This document shows positions 9,207 through 19,394 of a stretch of 64,000 nucleotides of DNA, one piece after another. Position numbers and translations under genes: made by a program. Each line of letters begins with the position of its first letter. Positions within the stretch are counted from its first letter, which is position 1. This stretch comes from Fidelibacterota bacterium. Lineage in GTDB: Bacteria; Pseudomonadota; Alphaproteobacteria; Rhodospirillales; Rhodospirillaceae. The stretch is from positions 184,865 through 248,864 of the forward strand of contig CANJRX010000001.1 of NCBI GenBank assembly GCA_947476895.1, written 5' to 3'. Under the pieces are notes generated by a model. It was not told the DNA's origin. It saw only the letters and a list, made by a program, of their open reading frames with translations, and did no database searches.

Positions 9207-9291
9207 AAGGGGGAGGATAGGAGGGGGTTGTTTCTGTCTGAGCAGAAACAAAATAACGACCCCTCCCTGACCCTCCCCTTTTAGGGGAGGG
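9194..9291. repeat. Triple-hairpin G/C-tract palindromic element, copy 2
   Basis: Three hairpins: TCCCTCCCCC-tgaaa-GGGGGAGGA (9194-9217); AGGAGGGGGTTG...CGACCCCTCCCT (9219-9268), with a nested tttctg/cagaaa hairpin; CCCTCCCC-tttta-GGGGAGGG (9271-9291). Located between the convergent MFS gene and purH. Confidence 0.8.
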
Positions 9292-9297
9292 AGAAAA

Positions 9298-10872
9298 TCA
9301 GTGACGGAAATGACGCATCCCGGTGAACACCATGGCGAGGCCTTTGTCGTCGGCGGCCTTGATGACGTCTTCGTCTTTGATCGATCCGCCCGGCTGAATC
9401 ACCGCGACCGCGCCGGCTTCGGCGGTCACCAATAGACCATCGGGGAACGGGAAGAAGGCGTCCGACGCCACGACGGAGCCAATCGTCAGGGCTTCGGTTT
9501 GGCCCAGCGCCTTGGCTGCGTCTTTCGCTTTGCTATGGGCAATGCGCGCGGAATCGATGCGGCTCATTTGGCCTGCACCAACGCCAACCGTCGCGCCGTT
9601 TTTCACATAAACGATGGCGTTGGATTTGACGTGTTTGCAGATGGTGAAGGCCAGTAGCAAGTCGTCCATCTGTTGCGCCGTGGGCTGAACCTTGCTCACA
9701 ACTTTCAGATCAGCCTTGGTGATGCGGCCGTTGTCGCGGCCTTGCACGAGATAACCACCCGCGACATTGCGCACAGTACGACCAACAGTCGCAGGGTCGG
9801 GCAGACCATCGGTGCTGAGCAGGCGCAGATTCTTTTTCTTGGCGAAAAAGGCTTTGGCTTCGTCGTCGGCGCCAGGCGCGATCACGACTTCGGTAAACAG
9901 CTCGGTGATCTTGGCGGCCGTACGCCCGTCGATAGGACGGTTGAGCGCGATAATGCCGCCGAAGGCCGACACCGGATCGCAGACCAGCGCCTTGGTGTAA
10001 GCATCGAGACAATCGGTGCCCAGCGCCACGCCGCAAGGGTTCGCGTGTTTGATGATAGCGCAGGCAGGGCCGGAGAATTCCGCCACCAGCTCGTAAGCTG
10101 CGTCGGTGTCGTTGATGTTGTTATAGCTCAGCTCTTTGCCTTGCACTTGCAACGCCGAGGCCACGCCCGCGCGCTTTTCGCCGGTGACGTAAAGTGCGGC
10201 CGTCTGGTGCGGGTTTTCGCCGTAGCGCAAGGTCTGCTTCAACTTGCCACCGAAGCTGAGCCAGCGCGGATATTCGTCGTTGAGCTGACCCGCGAACCAC
10301 ATGGAGATAGCGGCGTCATAAGAAGCGGTGCGCGCGAAAGCGCGCGCGGCCAGCTGGCGGCGGGTGGTTTCGGTCACGGCGTTCTTGTTGGTTTTCATGT
10401 CGGCGATAACCACTGCGTAGTCCACAGGGTCCACCACCACCGCAACACCGGCGTGGTTCTTGGCGGCCGAGCGGATCATGGCGGGACCGCCGATGTCGAT
10501 ATTCTCGATGCAATCGGCGAAGTCGCCGCCGGCGGCGACGGTCTGCTCAAAGGGATAGAGGTTCACGACGATGAGATCGATGGGACCGATCTTGTGGTCG
10601 GCCATGGTCTTTTCATGTTCAGCATTGCCGCGAATGCCGAGGATGCCGCCGTGGATGGTGGGATGGAGCGTCTTCACACGCCCATCGAGCATTTCGGGAA
10701 AGCCGGTGTGTTCGGAAACTTCTTTGACGGGGATGCCTGCGTCCTTGATGGCCTTGGCCGTTCCGCCCGTGGACAGAAGTTCGACTTTGGACTCATGCAG
10801 GAATTTGGCGAAGTCGATGAGCCCAGATTTGTCGGAAACAGACAGCAGTGCGCGGCGAATGGCTGTGGACAT
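9298..10872 (-). CDS. purH: Bifunctional AICAR formyltransferase / IMP cyclohydrolase
   Basis: Full-length 524 aa. N-terminus [19 protein letters not shown]...GGTAK and C-terminus ...GMRHFRH are diagnostic of PurH. Confidence 0.95.
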   Translation of the reverse strand: MSTAIRRALLSVSDKSGLIDFAKFLHESKVELLSTGGTAKAIKDAGIPVKEVSEHTGFPEMLDGRVKTLHPTIHGGILGIRGNAEHEKTMADHKIGPIDLIVVNLYPFEQTVAAGGDFADCIENIDIGGPAMIRSAAKNHAGVAVVVDPVDYAVVIADMKTNKNAVTETTRRQLAARAFARTASYDAAISMWFAGQLNDEYPRWLSFGGKLKQTLRYGENPHQTAALYVTGEKRAGVASALQVQGKELSYNNINDTDAAYELVAEFSGPACAIIKHANPCGVALGTDCLDAYTKALVCDPVSAFGGIIALNRPIDGRTAAKITELFTEVVIAPGADDEAKAFFAKKKNLRLLSTDGLPDPATVGRTVRNVAGGYLVQGRDNGRITKADLKVVSKVQPTAQQMDDLLLAFTICKHVKSNAIVYVKNGATVGVGAGQMSRIDSARIAHSKAKDAAKALGQTEALTIGSVVASDAFFPFPDGLLVTAEAGAVAVIQPGGSIKDEDVIKAADDKGLAMVFTGMRHFRH

Positions 10873-10972
10873 GGAGGCACCCTCGTTAAAGTTGGTGCCC
10901 AGGCGCGCGGCGGTTATCTCAGCTGCGCTTCCCGATGGTCATCCATCTATGCGCCAGTCACGCAGCGCCGTT
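10873..10972 (-). promoter_or_regulatory. ZTP (pfl-motif) riboswitch in the purH 5' leader
   Basis: The minus-strand RNA reads GGCGCUGCG-UGACUGGCG-C..GAUGGaugaCCAUC-GGGAAG-CGCAGC-linker-CCGCCGCGCGCCUGGGCA. This contains the conserved GACUGGCG (10959-10952) and CGCCUGGGCA (10905-10896) blocks with a closing P1 helix. GGGCACC can alternatively pair with GGUGCCU next to the SD/AUG. Confidence 0.8.
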
Positions 10973-11034
10973 CTTATAGCTTGCGCGGTGACTCGCGGCA
11001 ATCACCCACAAAGGCCTGATTATATTGACGATTT

Positions 11035-12951
11035 CTACTTAACGATCTTGAGGTGCGGCTTCGCAGGCGCTGCGACACTGCGCCGTAACTCCGGCACCAA
11101 GTCAGCGACCAAAGCCAAAGCAGCGACTTCGTCGCGGCGGCGGCAGGCCTCCTCCAGGCTCGAGAGTTTGGCGGCGATGACGGCGTGGTCCACCGTACGC
11201 GGTCGGGCGATCAATACACCCGCCATGCCGGTGGGAAGCGTGGATTCCTCGCCATGGAAAAGTTCTTCGGACAGCTTCTCGCCGGGGCGCAAGCCTGTGA
11301 CCTGAATCGAGACGTCGACTTCCGGTGTTTTGCCGGCAAGGCGGATCATCTGGCGCGCGAGATCGATGATTTTCACCGGCGACCCCATGTCGAGCACATA
11401 GAGCGCGCCTTCGTCGTTGCGCTGCGGACCCAAGGCTGCCGCCTGCAACACCAACTCCACCGCTTCGTGCACGGTCATGAAAAAGCGCGTGATGTCGGGA
11501 TGGGTGATGGTGATGGGACCACCGGCTTCCAACTGCTTTTGGAACAGCGGCACTACGGAACCGGCGGAACCGAGCACGTTGCCGAAGCGCACGGTGATGA
11601 AGCGGGTGCCGACGTGGCGCAAATCCATGGCCTGGCAATAAATCTCGGCCACGCGTTTGCTGGCGCCCATGACGTTCGAGGGATTGACTGCCTTGTCGGT
11701 GGAGATGATGACCACAGCCTTCACATTGGCCGCCACGGAAGCATCGGCCACGTTGCGCGTGCCGACAGCATTCGTGAGCAAGCCTTCCAGCGGATTTAAT
11801 TCCACCAGCGGCACATGTTTCAAAGCGGCCGCATGGAAAACCACATCGGGCTGTTCGCGGGCGATGACGTCTTTAATGCGTTCGCCGTCGCGCACATCGG
11901 CCAGGATGGCGTTGCACGAGATGTTTCCCGACCAACGCCGCACATCCATATCGATGGAGTAAAGATTGAATTCGCCATTATCGACAAGGGTTAAATGCGC
12001 GGGGCCTAAGGCAGAAATCTGGCGCACGAGTTCACTGCCGATAGAGCCACCTGCCCCCGTCACCAAAATTCTGCGCCGGCGCACCATCTCGGCCATAGAC
12101 GCGCGATCGAGATTACTTTGCGGACGGCCCAACAAATCGGCGATGGCGATGGGCTGCGGCTTCAGGTCGTTGTCGTCGCCGGCGCGCACGCGTTCCAGCG
12201 GCAAGCCGGTCTCGCTGGCGAGGCTCAACATCTGACGCACGGTCGTTCCGGGAATGTCGCGGCCGACGAGAATAAGTTTTTCAGGGCGCAGGCCTTTGGC
12301 ATCCAGCGTCGCGATGACCTTCACCAAGTCTTCGTTGAGACCCAGGACTTCGACGCCTTGGATGACTTGACCGACGCGGTCACCGCGCGCGGTGACCATA
12401 CCGACAATGCGATAGGCGGGCGAAGGTTTGCGGATGAAGTGTTCGGCTTCAGGTCCGGCGCCAATCAGGAGAATGGGCGTGGCGTCGGGCGATACCATCG
12501 ACCCGCGGCCATGGCGGTCTTTGAGGACGCGGTAGAACAACCGGGGACCTGCGAGCAACATCACCAGCAGGAACCAGCTGATGAACGGCAGCGAGCGCGG
12601 GAGCGCTTCCAAACGCGCCAGCGTGAACCAGGCCGGCAGGAACACGAGCACGATGATGGTGGCGGTGCGCAGGATGTTGACGGCGTCTTTGGCCGACACA
12701 TATTCCCAGACGTGGCGGTAAAGCCCGGTGAACAGATAGGTCACTGCCGCCACGGCGGCGAAGGTCGCGGCCATTTGGATAATGTCTGGACGGCTATCGA
12801 GGAAGTCGGGACCGAGGCGCAGGAAGAACGCCGTCAGGAATGCGACGAAGGCCATGGCCGTGTCGTGGGCATAGACCACCAGATTGCGCGGCTGTTGCAG
12901 CCGGTGGAGGATGCCCGCACGGGAGAATCTATCGGGTGAAAAGAATGCCAA
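11035..12951 (-). CDS. Membrane-anchored polysaccharide biosynthesis protein, CapD/PglF/WbpM-like nucleotide-sugar 4,6-dehydratase
   Basis: N-terminal TM helices, then two Rossmann-like regions (VTGAGGSIGSEL...). CapD-family C-terminal half. TTG start at 12951 is uncertain. Confidence 0.8.
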   Translation of the reverse strand: MAFFSPDRFSRAGILHRLQQPRNLVVYAHDTAMAFVAFLTAFFLRLGPDFLDSRPDIIQMAATFAAVAAVTYLFTGLYRHVWEYVSAKDAVNILRTATIIVLVFLPAWFTLARLEALPRSLPFISWFLLVMLLAGPRLFYRVLKDRHGRGSMVSPDATPILLIGAGPEAEHFIRKPSPAYRIVGMVTARGDRVGQVIQGVEVLGLNEDLVKVIATLDAKGLRPEKLILVGRDIPGTTVRQMLSLASETGLPLERVRAGDDNDLKPQPIAIADLLGRPQSNLDRASMAEMVRRRRILVTGAGGSIGSELVRQISALGPAHLTLVDNGEFNLYSIDMDVRRWSGNISCNAILADVRDGERIKDVIAREQPDVVFHAAALKHVPLVELNPLEGLLTNAVGTRNVADASVAANVKAVVIISTDKAVNPSNVMGASKRVAEIYCQAMDLRHVGTRFITVRFGNVLGSAGSVVPLFQKQLEAGGPITITHPDITRFFMTVHEAVELVLQAAALGPQRNDEGALYVLDMGSPVKIIDLARQMIRLAGKTPEVDVSIQVTGLRPGEKLSEELFHGEESTLPTGMAGVLIARPRTVDHAVIAAKLSSLEEACRRRDEVAALALVADLVPELRRSVAAPAKPHLKIVK

Positions 12952-13107
12952 AAGGCCTCGCTCTATTGGAACGCCGAAATATACCTGATCGATGAAAATT
13001 GGGGAGACAATTCGTGAAGCCCGGCCAAGGACTTACCCCCGCGATTCAGTATGCTATAACCGTTTCATACCCCCACCGCGCGACCCTTATTCTTATAAAG
13101 GCCCCTG

Positions 13108-14190
13108 ATGTCTAAAAAAGCCGCCCCCAAGGTTGCCCTCATCACCGGCGTTACCGGCCAGGACGGCGCCTACCTCGCCGAGTTCCTTCTCAAGAAGGGC
13201 TACATCGTTCACGGCGTGAAGCGGCGCTCGTCGTCCTTCAACACCGGGCGCATCGATCACCTGTACCAGGACACCCACAAGACCGGCGTGAAGTTCTTCC
13301 TGCATTACGGCGATCTGACGGACGCCACCAACCTGATCCGCCTGGTTCAGGAAGTGCAGCCGGACGAAATTTATAACCTCGCCGCCCAAAGCCACGTGCA
13401 GGTGAGTTTCGAGACGCCGGAGTACACCGCCAATTCCGACGGCATGGGCACGCTGCGTCTTCTGGAAGCCATCCGCATTCTGGGGTTGGAAAAGAAGACG
13501 CGCTTCTATCAAGCCTCGACCTCCGAGCTTTACGGCAAGGTTCAGGAAATTCCGCAGTCGGAAAAAACGCCGTTCTATCCGCGCTCGCCTTACGCAGCCG
13601 CCAAACTTTACGCCTATTGGATCACGGTGAACTACCGTGAGGCTTACGGTTATCACGCGTCGAACGGCATTCTGTTCAATCATGAAAGTCCGTTGCGCGG
13701 CGAGACTTTCGTCACGCGCAAGATCACGCGCGCTGTTGCGGCGATCGAACTTGGCCTGCAAGAAAAGATTTATCTCGGCAATCTCGACGCCAAGCGCGAT
13801 TGGGGCCATGCCCGCGATTACGTCGAAGGCATGTGGAAAATCGTGCAGCAGAAAAAGGCTGACGATTTTGTACTGGCCACGGGCGAGACGCACGAAGTGC
13901 GGGAGTTTGTTGAACTCTCGTTCGCCGAGATGGGTCACAAGATTAAATGGAAGGGCAAGGGCGTCGACGAAAAAGGCATCGATGCCAAAACCGGAAAGGT
14001 TTTAGTCGAAGTAGACCCGCGCTATTTCCGCCCGACGGAAGTGGAGTTGTTGCTGGGTGATCCGACCAAGGCCCACAAGATTCTGAAGTGGAAACACAAG
14101 ACCAGTTTCCGCGACATGGTGAAGGAAATGGTCGCTTACGATTTCGCCGCCGTGAAAAAAGTGTCGCAACGTCTCGATCGCGAAGGCTGA
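13108..14190 (+). CDS. gmd: GDP-mannose 4,6-dehydratase
   Basis: [27 protein letters not shown]...[11 protein letters not shown], full-length Gmd signature. Confidence 0.95.
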   Translation: MSKKAAPKVALITGVTGQDGAYLAEFLLKKGYIVHGVKRRSSSFNTGRIDHLYQDTHKTGVKFFLHYGDLTDATNLIRLVQEVQPDEIYNLAAQSHVQVSFETPEYTANSDGMGTLRLLEAIRILGLEKKTRFYQASTSELYGKVQEIPQSEKTPFYPRSPYAAAKLYAYWITVNYREAYGYHASNGILFNHESPLRGETFVTRKITRAVAAIELGLQEKIYLGNLDAKRDWGHARDYVEGMWKIVQQKKADDFVLATGETHEVREFVELSFAEMGHKIKWKGKGVDEKGIDAKTGKVLVEVDPRYFRPTEVELLLGDPTKAHKILKWKHKTSFRDMVKEMVAYDFAAVKKVSQRLDREG

Positions 14191-14191
14191 T

Positions 14192-15130
14192 ATGAAGGCG
14201 TTTGCTCTGGCCGGAAAGCGCGTTTGGGTCGCGGGTCATCGCGGCATGGTGGGCAGCGCCATTGTGCGCCGCCTGGCCGCGGAGAATTGCGACGTTCTGA
14301 CGGCGACGCGCGCGGAGCTTGATCTTACACGTCAGGCCGCTGTGGAAACCTGGATGGCGGCAAAAAAACCGCAGGTGGTTTTCATTGCTGCTGCGGAAGT
14401 GGGTGGCATTCTTGCTAACGACACGCGTCCGGTGGATTTCCTCACCGACAACCTCGCCATCCAAAACAACATCATCTCGACCGCGCACACGATCGATGTT
14501 GAGAAGCTGATGTTCTTAGGCTCCTCTTGCATCTATCCGCGCCTCGCCGCCCAGCCGATGCCTGAAAGCGCGCTTCTAACCGGGCCGCTGGAGCCCACCA
14601 ACCAGTGGTACGCCATCGCTAAAATCTCCGGCATCATGCAGTGCCAGGCTTACCGCCGGCAGTATGGCCGCGATTTTATCAGCGCCATGCCGACCAACCT
14701 TTATGGTCCCGGCGACAACTTTGACCTGATGTCGAGCCACGTGCTGCCCGCACTGTTGGTTAAAGCGCACAAGGCCAAACTGGCCGGCGACACCTCCATG
14801 ACCCTGTGGGGTTCGGGTCAACCGCGCCGCGAGTTTCTCTATGTGGACGATCTGGCCGACGCTTGCGTGTTCCTGATGAAGACCTATTCGGACGAGCAGC
14901 ACGTCAATGTGGGCTATGGCGATGATGTCACCATCCGCGAGCTGGCCGAGACCGTGGCCGAGGTTGTGGGGTTCAAAGGCACGCTCAGCTACGACGCGAC
15001 GAAACCGGACGGTATGCCTAAGAAGCTTTTGGACAGCGCGAAGCTGAATGCCATGGGCTGGAAGCCGGCCATGGCCTTAAAGCCGGGCATCGCCGCAGCC
15101 TACGCGTGGTATCTCAAAAACGCGGCTTGA
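14192..15130 (+). CDS. fcl: GDP-L-fucose synthase (GDP-4-keto-6-deoxymannose 3,5-epimerase/4-reductase)
   Basis: Starts 1 nt after the gmd stop. VWVAGHRGMVGSAIVRRL...SSCIYP...YAIAKI motifs. Confidence 0.9.
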   Translation: MKAFALAGKRVWVAGHRGMVGSAIVRRLAAENCDVLTATRAELDLTRQAAVETWMAAKKPQVVFIAAAEVGGILANDTRPVDFLTDNLAIQNNIISTAHTIDVEKLMFLGSSCIYPRLAAQPMPESALLTGPLEPTNQWYAIAKISGIMQCQAYRRQYGRDFISAMPTNLYGPGDNFDLMSSHVLPALLVKAHKAKLAGDTSMTLWGSGQPRREFLYVDDLADACVFLMKTYSDEQHVNVGYGDDVTIRELAETVAEVVGFKGTLSYDATKPDGMPKKLLDSAKLNAMGWKPAMALKPGIAAAYAWYLKNAA

Positions 15131-15221
15131 ATGAAGCCCCCCTTTTGAAGTGAGTCCTTGAACACCAGCGGGGCTGCTTCTACAAAACCTTAGGGTTCTT
15201 CCCTTTAGGTCATTCCGCCCC

Positions 15222-16148
15222 ATGCAGATCTATCTGCCCATAGCCGAGATGTCGGTGAACATCTTCCTGGTCCTCGGACTGGGCGGTGCGGTGGGCCTGT
15301 TGTCGGGCCTGTTCGGGGTCGGCGGCGGGTTCCTGATGACACCGCTTTTGATCTTCATCGGCGTTCCGCCGTCCGTGGCGGTGGGCACGCAAGCTGCGCA
15401 GACTGTGGCCTCGTCTGTATCAGGCGTTATGGCGCATATGCGCCGTGGCAACGTCGACTTCATGATGGGCGGCGTTCTCACCGCCGGCGGCTTTGTCGGC
15501 TCGGCCATGGGCGTGTGGCTGTTCAATGTTTTGAAAAATGCCGGCCACATCGATCTCACGATTTCTTTGGGCTATGTGACGTTCCTCGGCGTTGTCGGCG
15601 GTTTCATGCTAGCGGAAAGTTTGCCGGGCGTTTTGAACAAGCGCCCTGTCGCATTGGCCTTGGCCGCGCGCGGACCCGGCCGCCATCTATGGATGCACGG
15701 CCTGCCCTTCAAAATGCGTTTCCGGCGCTCGAAGCTTTACGTCTCGGCCTTGCTGCCTTTGGCGATCGGTTGGCTCGTGGGCCTGCTCGTCGCGATGATG
15801 GGGGTCGGCGGCGGCTTCCTGATGGTGCCGGCGATGATCTATCTGCTCGGCATGCCGACGCAAGTGGTGATCGGCACATCGCTGTTTCAAATTACATTTG
15901 TTACTGCCGGCACAGCTTTGCTGCAAGCCACCGTCAATCAATCGGTCGACATCGTGCTGGCGCTGTTGCTGCTAGTTACGGGCGTCATCGGCGCGCAAAT
16001 CGGCGCACGGCTTTCGCCCAAGGTCAAAGGCGAACACTTGCGCATTATGCTGGCGCTGATCGTGCTGGCTGTCGCCATTCGCCTGGCGCTCGATTTGGTG
16101 CTGACGCCGTCGGACTTATTTTCGCTCGGCAGCGGAGATGCGTCATGA
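15222..16148 (+). CDS. TauE/SafE (DUF81) family anion-exporter-like membrane protein
   Basis: Polytopic membrane protein with duplicated GxGGGxxxxP motifs (GVGGGFLMTPLL, GVGGGFLMVPAM). Confidence 0.75.
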   Translation: MQIYLPIAEMSVNIFLVLGLGGAVGLLSGLFGVGGGFLMTPLLIFIGVPPSVAVGTQAAQTVASSVSGVMAHMRRGNVDFMMGGVLTAGGFVGSAMGVWLFNVLKNAGHIDLTISLGYVTFLGVVGGFMLAESLPGVLNKRPVALALAARGPGRHLWMHGLPFKMRFRRSKLYVSALLPLAIGWLVGLLVAMMGVGGGFLMVPAMIYLLGMPTQVVIGTSLFQITFVTAGTALLQATVNQSVDIVLALLLLVTGVIGAQIGARLSPKVKGEHLRIMLALIVLAVAIRLALDLVLTPSDLFSLGSGDAS

Positions 16149-16885
16149 GGTGCATTCTTTTCGCATGCCTTTTGCTTTTTGCGAACGTGGCGCGGGCCCA
16201 GGACGTGCCGCTGGTGGCCGATCTCTCGAACCATCTCGTCGCCATCACGACCGGTTTTACAGGCACGGACGTGCTGTTGTTCGGCGCGACCAACGGTACC
16301 GGCGATATTGCCGTCGTCGTACGCGGGCCTGCCAAAGAAGAAGTCGTGCGCCGCAAAGGTCGCTATGGGCCCATTTGGGCCAATGCCGATTCCGTAACCT
16401 TCCGCGACGTGCCGTCCTATTACCGCGTAGCTTCCAGCCGGCCACTCACTGAATTTGGCGCTGAGGGTTTGCTGTCGCGCCATCAAATTGGTCTCGACAG
16501 TTTGCGCTTGATGAACGCCGATGAGTCGACACCGGCGGAAGACGTAACCGAGTTCCGCAAAGCCCTCATGCGCTTGAAGAGCGAAGAAAACCTCTACGAT
16601 CAAGGTGTGGGCGACGTGCAGTTGATGTCCAACCGCCTGTTCCGTACCGAGCTGCATTTCCCCGCCAACGTTCCCACCGGCACTTACATGGTCGAGGTTT
16701 ATCTGTTCCGCGATGGGCAGGTAACGAGCGCCGAGATCGTGCCGCTGACGATTTCCAAAATCGGCGTCGGCGCGGAGGTTTATGATTTCGCGCATGGCCC
16801 TCTCGCCCTTCTCTACGGCGTGCTCTCGGTCCTGCTTGCCGCCAGCGCAGGCTGGACGGCGGGCGCTGTGTTCCGGCGGGTGTAG
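16145..16885 (+). CDS. TIGR02186-like alphaproteobacterial membrane-anchored protein (signal peptide plus C-terminal TM)
   Basis: The ATG overlaps the upstream stop (ATGA). Signal-like MRCILFACLLLFANVARA and a C-terminal TM segment. Only the 3' part of the 456-aa ORF 15515-16885 is coding. Confidence 0.6.
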   Translation: MRCILFACLLLFANVARAQDVPLVADLSNHLVAITTGFTGTDVLLFGATNGTGDIAVVVRGPAKEEVVRRKGRYGPIWANADSVTFRDVPSYYRVASSRPLTEFGAEGLLSRHQIGLDSLRLMNADESTPAEDVTEFRKALMRLKSEENLYDQGVGDVQLMSNRLFRTELHFPANVPTGTYMVEVYLFRDGQVTSAEIVPLTISKIGVGAEVYDFAHGPLALLYGVLSVLLAASAGWTAGAVFRRV

Positions 16886-16888
16886 ACA

Positions 16889-17386
16889 ATGAGCGATGTC
16901 GCGCTGGACTCTGACGGCACGGAAGCCAGCCGCACATTTCTGGTGGTCGTCGATAAATCGGAAGAGCTGCGGGCGGCTTTGCGTTTCGCCTGCCGGCGTG
17001 TGGTCAACAGCGGCGGCACGGTGGCGCTGTTTCACGCCGTGCCGCAGATCGAGTTTCAGCACTTCTCGAGCATCGGCGAGTTGATGGACCACGAGGCCAA
17101 AACCGAGGCCGAGCGCTTGCTGCAGCAGATCGCCGCCGACGTGCATCGCCAGACCGGGAAATTCCCCGACCTGTTCCTGCGCCAGGGCGATACCTTGCCC
17201 GAGCTGCAAAAAGTCATCGTGGAGAATCCGCAAATTTCCATGCTGGTTCTGGGCGCTGGAGTCGGCGCGGAGGGTCCGGGACCCATCGTCACCGCCGTAT
17301 CGGGCAAGCTGGCCGGAAAGCTGGATATTCCGGTGACTATTGTGCCGGGCGACCTCGATAACGAGCGCATCGACGCCCTGACCTAA
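16889..17386 (+). CDS. Universal stress protein (UspA family)
   Basis: 165 aa. TFLVVVDKSEE...PVTIVPG pattern of the Usp alpha/beta fold. Confidence 0.65.
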   Translation: MSDVALDSDGTEASRTFLVVVDKSEELRAALRFACRRVVNSGGTVALFHAVPQIEFQHFSSIGELMDHEAKTEAERLLQQIAADVHRQTGKFPDLFLRQGDTLPELQKVIVENPQISMLVLGAGVGAEGPGPIVTAVSGKLAGKLDIPVTIVPGDLDNERIDALT

Positions 17387-17478
17387 GCGTCCTTCATATA
17401 TAGTGCCCGCAGCCTTGATCGCGGACCGCTTTGGTCCTATTTAAAGCCCACATTTCAAAGCTTCTGGAGCCTTCCCAT

Positions 17479-18039
17479 ATGTTCATTCAGACCGAAGACA
17501 CCCCGAATCCTGCCGCCCTCAAATTCCTGCCGGGCCGGGCGGTTTTGGACAGCGGTGTGGCAGATTTCACTAGCCGCGATGCGGCGCAGCGTTCGCCGCT
17601 GGCGCGCCTGTTGTTCGAAATCGACGGCGTGGCGTGTGTGTTCCTGGGCAGCGATTTCGTCACCGTCACAAAGAGCGGCGACAAAACGTGGCAGGTTTTG
17701 AAGCCCATGGTGCTGGGTGCGGTGATGGACCACTTCACCTCGGGCGCTCCGGTCATGGAAGACGGCGAGACCGGAACCGAAGAGGAAATGAACGATGATG
17801 GCGCCGACGGCGAGATCGTCGCGCAGATCAAAGAACTCATTGAGACCCGCGTGCGCCCGGCTGTGGCCCAAGACGGCGGCGATATCGTCTACAAGGGTTT
17901 TAAGAACGGCACGGTTTACTTGAACCTGCGCGGATCTTGCGCTGGATGCCCCAGTTCCTCGGCCACATTGAAGATGGGCATTGAAAACATGCTGAAACAC
18001 TACGTTCCCGAAGTGCTTCAAGTCGAAGCCATCGCCTAG
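17479..18039 (+). CDS. NifU/Nfu-type Fe-S cluster scaffold protein (Nfu_N plus NifU C-terminal domain)
   Basis: [19 protein letters not shown] (Nfu N-domain) and the CxxC motif [12 protein letters not shown] at 17479. Confidence 0.85.
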   Translation: MFIQTEDTPNPAALKFLPGRAVLDSGVADFTSRDAAQRSPLARLLFEIDGVACVFLGSDFVTVTKSGDKTWQVLKPMVLGAVMDHFTSGAPVMEDGETGTEEEMNDDGADGEIVAQIKELIETRVRPAVAQDGGDIVYKGFKNGTVYLNLRGSCAGCPSSSATLKMGIENMLKHYVPEVLQVEAIA

Positions 18040-18041
18040 TC

Positions 18042-18638
18042 ATGCCCGGACGCAGCGAAGCCAGCGGCGCGGATCTGGATCTGCTTTTCCGTAACGCGCG
18101 TACGCGAAACAGCTGGAAGCCCGAAGCCGTCGCCGAAGCTGTGCTGCGGCAGATGTACGATCTGGCCAAGTTGGGCCCGACGGCTGCTAACGGCACACCC
18201 GCCCGGTTTGTGTTCGTGGTGTCGCCCGCAGCTAAAGAGAAGCTCAAGCCGGCGTTGAGTGCCGGGAACCTGGAAAAGACCATGGCCGCGCCGGTGACGG
18301 TGCTGGTGGGTTACGACTCAGAATTCTACGAACACCTGCCGACGCTGTTTCCCCATGCCGACGCCCGCGCGTGGTTTGTCGGCAAGCCAGCGTTGATCGA
18401 GGAGAGTGGGTTTCGCAACAGCAGCCTTCAAGGGGCGTACCTGATGATGGCCGCCCGGTCTTTGGGACTCGATTGCGGACCCATGAGCGGATTCGATAAG
18501 GCCAAGCTCGAAGCCGCCTTTTGGCCCGACGGCCGCATCAAAGCCAACTTCATCTTCAACATCGGCTACGGCGACGATGCGAAGATCCACCCGCGCGGGC
18601 CGCGCTTGTCTTTCGAACAAGCATGCCAAATACTCTAA
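18042..18638 (+). CDS. Nitroreductase-family protein, RutE/malonic semialdehyde reductase-like
   Basis: 198 aa. [15 protein letters not shown]...[15 protein letters not shown]... is typical of the RutE-like subgroup. Confidence 0.7.
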   Translation: MPGRSEASGADLDLLFRNARTRNSWKPEAVAEAVLRQMYDLAKLGPTAANGTPARFVFVVSPAAKEKLKPALSAGNLEKTMAAPVTVLVGYDSEFYEHLPTLFPHADARAWFVGKPALIEESGFRNSSLQGAYLMMAARSLGLDCGPMSGFDKAKLEAAFWPDGRIKANFIFNIGYGDDAKIHPRGPRLSFEQACQIL

Positions 18639-18696
18639 TTTTCTCTATTACTTTTGCATTTTCCCTATATAGTAGTTTTATATAGGGAATTATAGA

Positions 18697-19389
18697 ATGC
18701 GCCAAATCGCGGTTTCCTTAGAGTTATTCGCCAAAATATGGGCTTTACGCCAGCCGGGCGAAGAAACCGAGAACGCCATCCTGACCCGCCTTCTTGAAGA
18801 GGGCAGAGTCCAGAAACTAGAGAATTATAGTGGTTCCGAAGCCGTACAGGGCTTCCGTGACCTGCGCCATGACGTCGTTTTCCCTGAAGGCTTCGAGATC
18901 TTTCGAAAGCTCAAAGGACAAGACGTCAGAGCCAGAGCAACCGCGAGCACTTGGGTTTGCGCGGGTGAGCGCTACGGCAGCCTCAATGCGCTGAGCCGCG
19001 GCGTCGGGGCAGGATCCGAGAATGCCTGGGTGTCCTGGTTCTTTCTGGATGCGGACGGACGCCGTCAGCAGATAGCGACTTTGCGAAACCCCGCCGCCGT
19101 GGCGCGCCGCGCTTCAACAACCGCGGCTCCCTCAGATGAGATGATTTGGCTAGATGACGTCGTCGCAGGTCTAAAGCGGATCGAAGACCGCCGCGGGCTT
19201 CTCGCCGACATTTATAGGTCGGTGGAAGGTATTCGGCGCGCAAACGACCGGAGCTGGCCTGATTCCGCTGAGCCCATTATTCGCCGAACGTTGGAGGAAA
19301 ACTCCTCCGACAGCGACGCCTTTAAAGGCGGGGCCGATCTGTTTGCCATGCCCTACGGTAAAGGGGCCGGCTTCTGGGCCTTAAGATAA
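18697..19389 (+). CDS. Hypothetical protein (orphan); the C-terminal ~80 aa look like a winged-helix/HARE-HTH-type module
   Basis: 230-aa ORF with an AT-rich palindromic upstream region and a strong downstream hairpin. I recognise no family with confidence. Confidence 0.5.
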   Translation: MRQIAVSLELFAKIWALRQPGEETENAILTRLLEEGRVQKLENYSGSEAVQGFRDLRHDVVFPEGFEIFRKLKGQDVRARATASTWVCAGERYGSLNALSRGVGAGSENAWVSWFFLDADGRRQQIATLRNPAAVARRASTTAAPSDEMIWLDDVVAGLKRIEDRRGLLADIYRSVEGIRRANDRSWPDSAEPIIRRTLEENSSDSDAFKGGADLFAMPYGKGAGFWALR

Positions 19390-19394
19390 TTGAT

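Noticed and set aside
15515-16144. 5' two-thirds of the 456-aa ORF 15515-16885, overlapping the TauE gene.
   Set aside because: It is out of frame with the clear TauE membrane protein and is Arg/Ala-rich. Real coding begins at ATG 16145, where a signal peptide starts and which overlaps the TauE stop.
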